Counted from the stretch's first letter, positions 48,223-57,103 are shown. The stretch is 64,000 nucleotides of DNA from Anaerolineae bacterium (GCA_034428955.1 DAOUGZ010000244.1:1607-65606); one strand, 5' to 3'. Notes: generated from the sequence alone by a model not told the origin. A program made the numbers and translations.

Positions 48223-49116
48223 CTAGGCCCCGCGCATGAGGTCACGCAGCATCCGGTAGCCGATGAGCTTGATGCCCAGATTGCGCACATAGTTGCGCAG
48301 GTCGGGGCTCAAGAAGGCCTGATAGTTGGCGACACGACATTGCCAATCGGGCGCAATGGCGCGCAACTCGGGCGTATCCACGGCTGGGTGGATGATCAGG
48401 TGGGTCAGCCCAGGTGGGAGGGAGCCGAAAACCTTCTTGGCCAGCGGCACATGGTCGCCGGGCTGGTCCAGGGGGAGGCCGGTCAGATAGTCGAGCAGCG
48501 GCAGGCCTTGTTCCTCTAGCTGCTGCACGAGCATGGCTGCGAGGGAGGCTGTGTGCGAGTCCATGCCCATACTGCGCCAGCCGGCCTCGTCCATGCGCAA
48601 GATCATCGGCGGCAGGCCGTGCTCCCCGGCTAACTGGACGTAACCGAGCATGAACTTGGGGTGGGCGACGGCCCCCATGTGGGTGTCCAGGTGCGTCACG
48701 TCGATGCCGGCCGCCAGCGCCCTTTCCATCTGGGCGGCAAGCTCCATCTGCACGGCTTCGGGAGTGCCATGCTCCTGCACGGCCTCTGAAGTGTGATGGA
48801 AGTACCCCTCGCTATCCAGCAGGCCCGAGGCGGCATCGCGGGTGGAAAGCGGCCCCCAACGGTAGGCTTCGAACTCGGAGGTCAGGGTCGAATGTACCCC
48901 CAGGTCTGCCTGGGGATGCTCGCGGCAGAAAGCGGCGACGGCCGGGAACCAGGGGCAGGGCGTCATGATGGCCCCTGAGGTAACAAGCCCGAACTCGAGC
49001 AGTTCGGCCAACGCCGGGAGGGTGGCCTGGCACATCCCGACGTCGTCGGCGTGGACGATCACGACACGGTCGGTGTCGGCCAAGCCGAGTTTGCGCAGAA
49101 CGGGGTTGGGGTTCAT
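48223..49116 (-). CDS. chbG: ChbG/YdjC-family carbohydrate deacetylase
   Basis: HADDVG, SG..M.PCPW, G.H.TL.SE, THLDTHMG, H...HP. Confidence 0.88.
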   Translation of the reverse strand: MNPNPVLRKLGLADTDRVVIVHADDVGMCQATLPALAELLEFGLVTSGAIMTPCPWFPAVAAFCREHPQADLGVHSTLTSEFEAYRWGPLSTRDAASGLLDSEGYFHHTSEAVQEHGTPEAVQMELAAQMERALAAGIDVTHLDTHMGAVAHPKFMLGYVQLAGEHGLPPMILRMDEAGWRSMGMDSHTASLAAMLVQQLEEQGLPLLDYLTGLPLDQPGDHVPLAKKVFGSLPPGLTHLIIHPAVDTPELRAIAPDWQCRVANYQAFLSPDLRNYVRNLGIKLIGYRMLRDLMRGA

Positions 49117-49443
49117 CGGGTTCCCTCCTGTTACCTGTCGGATGGAGGGCGCTGGGGGCGCCGCCCAGGTGTCGATGGAATTTCACACAGTATGGGCTGT
49201 CCGAGTCCAACGTATGACCTTATGATACGTCAGGCTCTCGATCCTGCAAAACGACTTGCCCCGAACGGATAACCTGGCCCGCGAGCCTTGCGACGACCGC
49301 CCTCTGCACCATTTCGTGCCCCAGGGCTCGGCGTTGTATAATACACACGGCTCGCTGGCAGAGCCGCTCATATCGGCGTGGAGGATTGTGAGGAAGCTGA
49401 GCGCCAGTCTGCGCTCGCGGGTGTTCCAACCAAGGAAGGTATC

Positions 49444-50841
49444 ATGCCAAGCAACCAAGCCTGTTCTGAGCCCATAGACATCAAGATTGCCTACGTCGGC
49501 GGCGGAAGCCGCGGCTGGGCGCGCAACTTGATGCGCGATTTGGCCCTCTGCCCCGACCTAACAGGAACGGTGGCCCTGTACGACATCGACCTGGAGAGCG
49601 CCCGGTTGAATGAGCGTCTGGGTAACTGGCTACAGGGCCGGCCAGGAGTTGTCTCTCACTGGCGTTACCAGGCTGTTCCGACTCTCGAGGAGGCACTACA
49701 GGGCGCCGATTTTGTGGTCATCTCTATCCAGCCGGGTTCATTGGAGTGTATGGCCAGCGAAGTGGCCATCGCCGAGCAGCACGGGTTGTTCTTCCCCGTC
49801 GGAGACAGCACCGGCGCGCCCGGCTTGATGCGCAGCCTGCGCGCTGCAACCATCTATGCCGGCTTTGCCCGGCACATCGCTGCGATATGCCCTGCGGCCT
49901 GGGTGATCAACTATACGAACCCGATGACGGTGTGCACGCGAACGCTGACGCGGGTCGAGCCTGGCCTCAAAGTCTTTGGTTGCTGCCATGAGGTGTTTGG
50001 GACGCAGCGATTGCTGGCCGGCCTGGTTAGCGAATACTTGGGCGTCTGCCCCGTTCCTTCGCGCGATGAGATCCGGGTGAACGTCCTGGGCATCAATCAC
50101 TTTACCTTCATCGACCGCGCGTTCTACCAGGATCACGACCTGCTGGCCCTGTTGCGCGAACACATCGCCAAGCCGGGCACTATGCGCTCCTACACCCGGG
50201 TAGAAGTGGAAGGCTGGGGGAGCTGGTTCCGCGATGGGTCGCAGGTCAAGTTTGAGCTATTCCGGCGCTTTGGCCTGCTCGGGGCGGCGGGCGACCGGCA
50301 TCTTGTCGAGTTTCTGCCGGGGTTTATCCGTTCGCCGGAAGAACTATTCCGTTGGGGCGTCATCCGCACGCCGATCTCCTACCGCATGCAGCGCTGGATC
50401 GATGCGCGCCAAGAGACGCTGGACATTCTGGCCGGCCAGACTTGCTTTGCTCTTGATGCCTCCGGCGAGGAGGGGGTAGCCCAGATGCGCGCGCTTTTGG
50501 GGCTGGGCGATCTGGTGACCAACGTGAACGTCGAGAATGTGGGCCAGATACCCAACCTGCCATTGGGGGCCGTTGTGGAGACGAATGCATACTTTGGCCG
50601 CGATGAGGTTCGTCCGCTCAATGCCGGCCCGCTGCCTCCCGGACTGCACGCCTTGATCGCGCGGCACGTGGCTAACCAGGAGATGATCATCGATGCCGCG
50701 CTGAAACGAGACAGCGACTTGGCCTTCCAGGCCATCTTCAACGACCCGGCGAACCACCTGCCCCTTGATGAGGCGGCGGCGATGTTCAACGAGATGCTGC
50801 GGGCGACGCGCGAGTATCTGCCCGGCTGGCGCATAGACTAA
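49444..50841 (+). CDS. GH4 alpha-glycosidase (alpha-galactosidase/alpha-glucosidase subgroup)
   Basis: KIAYVGGGSRGW, GD.TG..G..R.LR, NYTNPM, GCCHEV, G.NHF, G.AGDRH..EF, SGEE, N..N.GQI.NLP.G..VETN. Confidence 0.9.
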   Translation: MPSNQACSEPIDIKIAYVGGGSRGWARNLMRDLALCPDLTGTVALYDIDLESARLNERLGNWLQGRPGVVSHWRYQAVPTLEEALQGADFVVISIQPGSLECMASEVAIAEQHGLFFPVGDSTGAPGLMRSLRAATIYAGFARHIAAICPAAWVINYTNPMTVCTRTLTRVEPGLKVFGCCHEVFGTQRLLAGLVSEYLGVCPVPSRDEIRVNVLGINHFTFIDRAFYQDHDLLALLREHIAKPGTMRSYTRVEVEGWGSWFRDGSQVKFELFRRFGLLGAAGDRHLVEFLPGFIRSPEELFRWGVIRTPISYRMQRWIDARQETLDILAGQTCFALDASGEEGVAQMRALLGLGDLVTNVNVENVGQIPNLPLGAVVETNAYFGRDEVRPLNAGPLPPGLHALIARHVANQEMIIDAALKRDSDLAFQAIFNDPANHLPLDEAAAMFNEMLRATREYLPGWRID

Positions 50842-50860
50842 AGGTGATGAGGACCGCTAC

Positions 50861-51757
50861 ATGAACGAGCCCACAATGCACGAGTTCTCAGACCTCTTTG
50901 CGGCCCCCGGCTCCTGGTATCGGGGCAATCTGCATACGCACACAACCGAATCCGACGGAGCTTATAGCCCTGCTGAGACGGCTGCTTGGTACAGAGAGCA
51001 TGGTTATGATCTGGTGGTGGTTACCGATCACAACCGCCTGACGGACGTGGATGGGCTGAGCGATCCGGGTTTCTTGGTTCTTCCGGGCATCGAAGTCCAT
51101 CCGGATTGCGATGCGCTGGGAGAACCCTACCACATCGTGGCCGCCGGGGTGAGTTGCGAGGTGTCTTTCACCCGTGCAGACCCTGCCCAGGCAGCGATTG
51201 ATGCCTTGCGCGAGCAGGGCGCTGTGGTGTGGCTAGGGCACCCCTACTGGATTGGTATGACTCTGCCCGAGATGATCGACCTGCAGGGAACCATCGGCCT
51301 GGAGGTGTACAACGCGACCTGCGCGCGGGTCGGCAAAGGGCTGTCAACCGTTCACTGGGACGATCTGCTGGCACGCGGTAGGCTGCCCCTGGCCTTGGCT
51401 GTGGATGATTGCCATGCCGACCAGGACCTGGGTCGTGGCTGGGTGATGGTCAAGGCTACGGAACTCTCGCGCGAGGCCATTCTGCAGGCCCTGTCTGCGG
51501 GCCGCTTTTATGCAACACAAGGGCCCGAGATTCACGATGTGCAGGTGACGGGCGACGAGGTGTACGTGCGCTGCTCCCCAGTGTGTGAGATCACGTGTGT
51601 GAGCCTGGCCGGCTCGGGCAGTCAGGTCGTTGCCGCCGACTCCGGCGAGGGGCTCACCGAGGCGACGTTCTCTTTGCGCAGGTGCCGGGTGTATCTGCGA
51701 ATAGAGTGCACCGATGCCCAGGGGCGTGTGGCCTGGTCTCAGCCGATGCTCTTGTGA
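50861..51757 (+). CDS. PHP-like metallohydrolase (CehA/McbA family)
   Basis: WYRGNLHTHTTESDG, VTDHN, GIEVH, GHPYW, GLEVYN, AVDDCH, L..GRFY.T.GP, Y.R.EC.D. Confidence 0.82.
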   Translation: MNEPTMHEFSDLFAAPGSWYRGNLHTHTTESDGAYSPAETAAWYREHGYDLVVVTDHNRLTDVDGLSDPGFLVLPGIEVHPDCDALGEPYHIVAAGVSCEVSFTRADPAQAAIDALREQGAVVWLGHPYWIGMTLPEMIDLQGTIGLEVYNATCARVGKGLSTVHWDDLLARGRLPLALAVDDCHADQDLGRGWVMVKATELSREAILQALSAGRFYATQGPEIHDVQVTGDEVYVRCSPVCEITCVSLAGSGSQVVAADSGEGLTEATFSLRRCRVYLRIECTDAQGRVAWSQPMLL

Positions 51758-51830
51758 GGCCATGCATTGTCTGCTGGTACGGATTGTGCTTGCGCTGGCT
51801 ACAGCTTATTGGCAGTTGGAGGTGTAGCCG

Positions 51831-52097
51831 ATGGTAGAGCAGACTCTGGCCCCCATCAGCCGTGTCGATGTAGAGAAACTCTACTCGGAAAACATGGCTC
51901 CCGAGTCCTGGCTGGAACTCGAGGTGCGGACGGTGGAACTGCTGGAGAATGGAGTGCTCGCTGAGGGCCAGTCTCGAGCGCTGATCTATGCACTACGCTC
52001 CCTTGCCGAGCGGGGCGAGCCCGTGCCGCAGGATCCCAGCGAGTTGTACCTGCAGGCGAGGCCGGTCTTGGAGAGTCTGCCCCAACCGATCGCCTAG
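51831..52097 (+). CDS. Hypothetical protein (88 aa, acidic, helical)
   Basis: ATG after GGAGGT; protein-like composition; no recognised motif. Confidence 0.65.
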   Translation: MVEQTLAPISRVDVEKLYSENMAPESWLELEVRTVELLENGVLAEGQSRALIYALRSLAERGEPVPQDPSELYLQARPVLESLPQPIA

Positions 52098-52399
52098 TGC
52101 GGCGCCAAGCATCCCCCGGCGGCCGCTGGTGTCGCCCCGCATGGGGGCACTCGGCGCCGCGCCAGGCGAACCTCACCCCTTCCCCGGCAGCGCACCGCAG
52201 AGGTTGTCGGCCCCTCGGATACTCGAATCGTGGTCGCATCGAGAGACGGCGCCGGCGCACTCGTTGTGGCCGCGCCTCTTTCTTGCTGCTCAGACGGAGA
52301 CAGCAGCCCTGTCACGCAACCTAGGATCGTGAGAGCCACAAAGGCCACGAGCAACATGGCCCTGCCCCGTACCGGCTTTCTGTCATCCCCAGGTTCCAC
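52094..52399 (-). CDS. Hypothetical small membrane protein (possibly degenerate)
   Basis: GTG after GAGGGG; TM-like MLLVAFVALTILGCVTGLLS followed by a PT-rich linker; the Arg/Cys-rich last third does not look protein-like. Confidence 0.3.
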   Translation of the reverse strand: MEPGDDRKPVRGRAMLLVAFVALTILGCVTGLLSPSEQQERGAATTSAPAPSLDATTIRVSEGPTTSAVRCRGRGEVRLARRRVPPCGATPAAAGGCLAPH

Positions 52400-52495
52400 A
52401 TCCCCTCGCCGGCCCGCAGATTGAATGGAGCGAGGTAAGCAACAGCCGTGCCAGATGCTTGCCGGGACTGACCGCAACGAGTACGGTGCTCGGAT

Positions 52496-53386
52496 TCAAC
52501 GCACAACGAACGGAAGGAAGAGGTAGCGACGTGCAAAGCGGACCGAGACCGAGGTTCCGTCGCTCGTCACGGTAACGGTATCGTGCAGGTCGGTGCGATA
52601 GACGGCCGCGGGGAGCGCCAGGAGCCTATCGATTACTGCGGGCGATGGGTGTCCGTAAGGGTTCGTCGCGCCGACCGAGATGACGGCGACCTCGGGAGCG
52701 ACAGCTTGCAGGAACTCGCGGCGGCTCGATTCCTTCGCGCCGTGATGGGCTACCTTGAGCACATCGGCAGCCAGTTCATAGCCGCGAGAGAGAATCTCCT
52801 CCTCCGCCTGGCTGGTGATGTCCCCGGTAAACAGGAAGGCCGTGTCCTCATAGGAGAGGCGGCAGACGAGCGAGTTGGCATTGGCATCGCCGCCGAGAGT
52901 GAATGGGTGCAGCATCGCCAACTGAGCGGCGCCGATTTGCTCGTGCTTGCCTGCCCTCTGCACGATCATGGGCAGGGCCCGCTCTTCGGCCAATTCACGG
53001 AAGCGGGTGTAGGTGGCGGTAGGATAGTTCTCGCCCGTATACCAGAGGTTGCTGGTGGGGATCTCGTCCAGCACGGCGATGAGGCCACCTACGTGGTCCG
53101 CGTGCGGGTGAGAGAGGACCATGTACTCGATGCCGTCGCAGCCGTGAGACTCGAGATAAGCCACGACGAAGGGGCCGGCATGCACGGGGCCGCCGTCAAT
53201 GAGCACGTCCTGCCCGTCCGGCAGTTGCACCCAGATGGCATCACCCTGACCTACGTCCAAGAAGGTGACGGTCAGCAGCGCAGGCCCATCTGCCAGTGAT
53301 GCGGCTGTGCCCACGAGGGCCAACAGAGCGCCGCACAGCAGAAGGAGGATAGCGCCCGCCAGAGCCAACCGCCGCAGCCCCATCAT
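52496..53386 (-). CDS. Secreted ComEC/Rec2-like metallo-beta-lactamase-fold hydrolase
   Basis: Signal peptide; V.FLDVGQGDA, LIDGG, SHPHADH.GG, N..SLV, FTGD, LKV.HHG, SVG..N.YGHP, YRTD; tail RRYLFLPFVVR. Confidence 0.88.
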   Translation of the reverse strand: MMGLRRLALAGAILLLLCGALLALVGTAASLADGPALLTVTFLDVGQGDAIWVQLPDGQDVLIDGGPVHAGPFVVAYLESHGCDGIEYMVLSHPHADHVGGLIAVLDEIPTSNLWYTGENYPTATYTRFRELAEERALPMIVQRAGKHEQIGAAQLAMLHPFTLGGDANANSLVCRLSYEDTAFLFTGDITSQAEEEILSRGYELAADVLKVAHHGAKESSRREFLQAVAPEVAVISVGATNPYGHPSPAVIDRLLALPAAVYRTDLHDTVTVTSDGTSVSVRFARRYLFLPFVVR

Positions 53387-53429
53387 TACCCCCCCAGTTC
53401 CAGCGAGCCGGTTTGTTGCGCCAGGCTCC

Positions 53430-53470
53430 CCCTATTCCATCCTCGCCCGGCAACAGGGGATGGAATAGGG
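53430..53470. repeat. 13-15-bp inverted repeat between the MFS stop and the comEC-like start
   Basis: CCCTATTCCATCC (53430-53442) / GGATGGAATAGGG (53458-53470); no U-tract. Confidence 0.7.
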
Positions 53471-53552
53471 ACTGACTGATGGGTTGTTACCGGTCGGAGC
53501 ATAAACTTCTAAAGCTGCTTGTGCGCCACTGGAGCGCCTGTCGCCTAAGCGA

Positions 53553-54785
53553 TTAGCGCACCGGTTGACAGGTGGTGCCGGTCGAATTGGTGAAGACGTA
53601 GCGGGCTCGCGCCGTGAGCAGCACATAGATGCCGATGGCCACAGCGAGATCCGCACCGATGAACACCATGGTGATGCTCGGGCCGACGGACTCGAAGAAC
53701 TGGCCGATGAGCCAGGGCACGACCATGCCCCCGGCACTGGCGCCCATACCGAACAGGCCGGTGATGTGGCCGGTGATGGCCATATGTCGCTCGGCCAGCG
53801 AGATCGTAATCGGGAAGATGGAGGCCATGGCCAGGCCCGCGAGAAGTGTGCCGGCCCAGGTGGCCACAGCAGAGCCGGGGCAGAGCAGGATCAGGCCCAC
53901 GCCGGCCAGACAGCCGGCCAGATCGCCCAGGAGGATGGTAGACGGCGACAGGCGTGCGGCGATGGGGATGGCCAGCAGGCGCCCGACGGTCAGCGAGCCC
54001 CAGAAAGCTGAGGTCAGGTAGGCGGCGGTGACGCTGTCGTTTACACCGAGCCGCACGGCATAGGTGTATATCCAGTCGCCAAAGCCGACCTCGGCGCCCA
54101 CGTAGAGAAAGAGGAAGGCAGCAATGAGCCCGATAAGCAGGCCATCCGCTCGGCCGGCGAGCCGGTCCTCCGTGGCTGCCGGCGAGGCAGGGCTGGGCAA
54201 ATGCAGCAGCCAGAGCGCAGCCGGGAGCATGAGCAGGGCCAGGATCCAATAGGCCCAACGAATCCCGCCGCTCTCGGCGACGACTCTGGCGATGATCACC
54301 GGCGACAGACAAGCGCCGAGACCCCAGAAGAAGTGCATGCCGTTCATGAACGGCCCAACCCGGTGCCCGTGCGTCCACATCAGCAGGGTATTGCCACCGA
54401 CGTCCAGGGTGCCCTGGGCGATGCCCAGGGCTAGGCGCACCATGATCAGCAGCCACAGGCTCGGCAACACAGGAACGAGCGCCAGCGTCAGGGCCAGGAG
54501 GAGCAGCATTCCAACCATTACCGGGTGCCCAGGTAGGCGGTCGTAGGCGCGCCCACCCTGGTACGAGCCGATGAGGTATCCCAGCGAGCTTGCGGTAAAG
54601 AGGAGGCTGACGCCGCTCAGCGGCGTACGGACGTTGGCTGCCAGAGCGGGGAGCGTGGGACCTAGCGAAGCGCCGGCCAAGCCGAGGGCTACAAAGGCCG
54701 CATAGTAGGCAGCAGTCCGATGGGTGGTGCCCTGGTTGGCTGAGGTCGCGTCCGCGGGCAGCGGCTTGGCTTCGCTTCGATGCAT
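53553..54785 (-). CDS. MFS transporter (fucose-permease/TsgA-like)
   Basis: GP.LP.LA, SLGY.IGS, G..D.GGNT.....HG..V...MN..HFF.GLGA...P, YVG.E..F..W, FWG..T.GR, ASIFP. Confidence 0.88.
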   Translation of the reverse strand: MHRSEAKPLPADATSANQGTTHRTAAYYAAFVALGLAGASLGPTLPALAANVRTPLSGVSLLFTASSLGYLIGSYQGGRAYDRLPGHPVMVGMLLLLALTLALVPVLPSLWLLIMVRLALGIAQGTLDVGGNTLLMWTHGHRVGPFMNGMHFFWGLGACLSPVIIARVVAESGGIRWAYWILALLMLPAALWLLHLPSPASPAATEDRLAGRADGLLIGLIAAFLFLYVGAEVGFGDWIYTYAVRLGVNDSVTAAYLTSAFWGSLTVGRLLAIPIAARLSPSTILLGDLAGCLAGVGLILLCPGSAVATWAGTLLAGLAMASIFPITISLAERHMAITGHITGLFGMGASAGGMVVPWLIGQFFESVGPSITMVFIGADLAVAIGIYVLLTARARYVFTNSTGTTCQPVR

Positions 54786-54860
54786 GGCTCATTCCCTGTG
54801 CTCAGGTTGCGCCTGATGCCGCGGGGGAGAGGCAGCCCGCTCACCATCAGACGCAAGAGC

Positions 54861-54889
54861 ACTATAGCACAAGTGCAGGGGATGGGCAA
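54861..54889 (-). promoter_or_regulatory. sigma70-type promoter for the MFS gene; 12-bp leader hairpin downstream
   Basis: TTGCCC (54889-54884), 17 nt, TG-C-TATAGT (54866-54861). Hairpin arms 54856-54845/54818-54807 with one G.U on the sense strand. Confidence 0.55.
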
Positions 54890-54902
54890 CTTGTGTAAGG
54901 AG

Positions 54903-55913
54903 TCACGAGACGCCGTTGAGGTCTACGATGTAACGCCACCAGTTGTTGGCTATGCCGTCTCTTTCGCCCTCGGCGCGAGGGATGTGGCTCAGCCACCAGA
55001 TGTGGTGAGCGCGGGCGTCGCCGCAGCCCCAGTCTTCGCAGGTGACGGTGCGGGCCACACCGGGGAGGTCCGGGTAGGCGTACCAATCATCGCAGTAGCT
55101 TGTCACCGGCCTGGGGTTGCCCCAGTCATAGTCGCGAAGGCTGTTCGGCGCCAGGTGAGCGTTTCCACACTGAGCGCGCCCCGGCGCTGTCCTATCGTAG
55201 CGGGTGAACAGGTGCCACATGTTGCGGCCGCGACCGAGCCGTTCGTAGACGCGACTCATCGTCGACTCCACACGGTGGCAGAAATTCTCCAGCATACAGC
55301 CAACGTCGCGCTCATAGTTGAAGGCCATGACGGCAAAACGGCCCTCGGCGCTCTCTGTGTTGGGAACGGGGGGTGAGTTCAGCCAAAAGGCCCCCCGCCC
55401 GACCATGGTGGACTCATAGTCCCCGGAGTAGGGGAAGGCAAAGAACCAGGCCTCATCGATCTCGCCGCGATTGTAGCGGCCGATGAGGTCGAATGCAGCC
55501 ACCTGCGCTTGGTAGTCGATGGCGTCCGGCTGGTGAAAGGTGCGTGTGCGCCAGGCCTGAACATAGCTCTCGCCCGTATAGCGAAAGCCATCCTGCTTCA
55601 CTGGGAACCAATCCGCGTTGATGCGCTCAACGATATCATAGTCCAGGTACCCCCCGCTGGCCTCGCGCAGGTCGTGGATGTACTGCTCGGCCAGCCGGCC
55701 CGGGTCGTTCCAGGCAAAGATGTCCGTCAGCCGGCGCCCGTCCTCGGACTCGACGGCTGGATTGTGTACGATCATCAGCACCTTGGGCCGCACCATCTCT
55801 ATAGCGGGCCGCGGAGCCGGCGCGGGCTGAGACGAGAGTTCCGGCTCTGGGGTTTGGAGCCCCAATGCGCGCCGCCCGGCACGCAGGATGTCCTCCAGCA
55901 TGCTGCCCTGCAC
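54903..55913 (-). CDS. Hypothetical protein (336 aa, Trp/His-rich)
   Basis: Long ORF with RBS GGAGGAG; protein-like composition; contains FNYER...MLENFCHRVES and AHHIWW; family not recognised. Confidence 0.75.
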   Translation of the reverse strand: MQGSMLEDILRAGRRALGLQTPEPELSSQPAPAPRPAIEMVRPKVLMIVHNPAVESEDGRRLTDIFAWNDPGRLAEQYIHDLREASGGYLDYDIVERINADWFPVKQDGFRYTGESYVQAWRTRTFHQPDAIDYQAQVAAFDLIGRYNRGEIDEAWFFAFPYSGDYESTMVGRGAFWLNSPPVPNTESAEGRFAVMAFNYERDVGCMLENFCHRVESTMSRVYERLGRGRNMWHLFTRYDRTAPGRAQCGNAHLAPNSLRDYDWGNPRPVTSYCDDWYAYPDLPGVARTVTCEDWGCGDARAHHIWWLSHIPRAEGERDGIANNWWRYIVDLNGVS

Positions 55914-56163
55914 TCCTCCCCTGGTATTGTCCTGTCAGTGTACGTACGAAGGCGCGCGCTGTCCAGGCCAATCGCTGCGGCCCGGCGCCTCCTGGTATAG
56001 TTGTTGCTGGCTGCGGGGGTGCCTGGCGCCTCACCACGGAAGTGAGGCTGGTTGGGCCTCAGCTAGAGTGCACCGCACAGCTTCTGATGAGCGCGACTTG
56101 CCTCATGCGGCGCCACGTCACTCATCAGAACCTGTGCGGCGCAGCACTAGAAGGAGCGATACA

Positions 56164-56553
56164 GTGAAGAGAGACGAATTCCTGCGCCGCGTGATGGTTT
56201 GCACCGGCCGGGAAGACATGGCCGAGGCCGAAAGGGCAACCGTCCAGGTGCTCGGCTTGCTGACCGATGCGATCCCTCGCGACGAGGTGCGCGATATGGC
56301 CAGCCAGCTCCCCAAGGAGCTGAAAAAGCATCTGTTGCAGGAACTGAGCCAAGCGGGGCCGGTTCAAGCGGTGGATTCGGCGGCTTTTGTGAGCCGCGTG
56401 CAGAGCGACCTTGGCCTGGGCACGCGCGGCGAGGCGGACTGTGTGGCGAAGGGTGTGCTGTCCGTCCTGAGAGATGCGGTCAGCCCGGGCGCGATGGAGG
56501 AGGTCGAGCGGCAACTCCCCGAGGAGTTTCGTGAGGTCATGCTGATCGATTGA
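56164..56553 (+). CDS. DUF2267-domain protein
   Basis: ..DEFL.RV.......A..AT..VL..L...I...E..D.ASQLP.EL, F..RV, A......V...L..AV..G....V..QLP. GTG after AAGGAG. Confidence 0.85.
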   Translation: MKRDEFLRRVMVCTGREDMAEAERATVQVLGLLTDAIPRDEVRDMASQLPKELKKHLLQELSQAGPVQAVDSAAFVSRVQSDLGLGTRGEADCVAKGVLSVLRDAVSPGAMEEVERQLPEEFREVMLID

Positions 56554-56639
56554 GCGCGCCTGCCGGGCGCTTTTTGCTGTCAGAGGGGTGATCTGGCCAT
56601 GGTACGAGTTATGCCGCGATAGAGCAGGAGGTGGTGTTG

Positions 56640-56840
56640 ATGCCAAAGGAGCAAGAGTACAAGGAAAAGACGGTCATGTCCCGTATGGATATCGCCGACC
56701 GGTTGCGCCTCATTGCCGACGCTGTCGAATACGGCTCGTTCAATGCCGGCAATATGCGCGTTGTCGTGCCCGAGGAGGCCAGGCTTGCGATCGAGATCGA
56801 GCCGGAGGAGATGGAACTCGAGATCAAGTGGCGTGGCTAG
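56640..56840 (+). CDS. Amphi-Trp domain protein
   Basis: E.K...SR.DIA..LR.IAD....G.......V..PEE..L.IE.E..E.ELEIKW; RBS GGAGG. Confidence 0.75.
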   Translation: MPKEQEYKEKTVMSRMDIADRLRLIADAVEYGSFNAGNMRVVVPEEARLAIEIEPEEMELEIKWRG

Positions 56841-56863
56841 TAGAGTTTCACAGTGACGCAATG

Positions 56864-57103
56864 CTAGGGGGATAGCGTCTCGGGGCCCGTTGGCGTGGCT
56901 GTGGCTGGGCCCTGGGCCGGAGCACTGGCGGTGGCAGTGGCCTGCCGGGCGACCCGAGCAGCCATCGGTACGAACGCGCACAGGCTGCAGGGCGGGCAGA
57001 GCAGCAGCACCGCGCTCAAGAGGATGATGAGCATCCTTGTGGCCGGCCCCCGATGCCAGAGGCCGGCGATCTCGCTGGAGACGGCCTGGAAAAGCCGTTG
57101 CAC
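56864..57103 (-). CDS. Hypothetical small membrane protein (79 aa)
   Basis: GTG after GGAAAGGAG; TM helix ending LLLCPPCSLCAFVP; PT-rich tail. Confidence 0.55.
   Translation of the reverse strand: MQRLFQAVSSEIAGLWHRGPATRMLIILLSAVLLLCPPCSLCAFVPMAARVARQATATASAPAQGPATATPTGPETLSP

Noticed and set aside
56084-56090. Hammerhead ribozyme core CTGATGA
   Set aside because: No GAAA partner or three-way junction; the motif is sequestered in a simple long stem.
56864-57103. Radical SAM assignment from CxxCxxC
   Set aside because: Spacing is not CxxxCxxC, and the ORF is 79 aa with a TM helix, too short for the fold.
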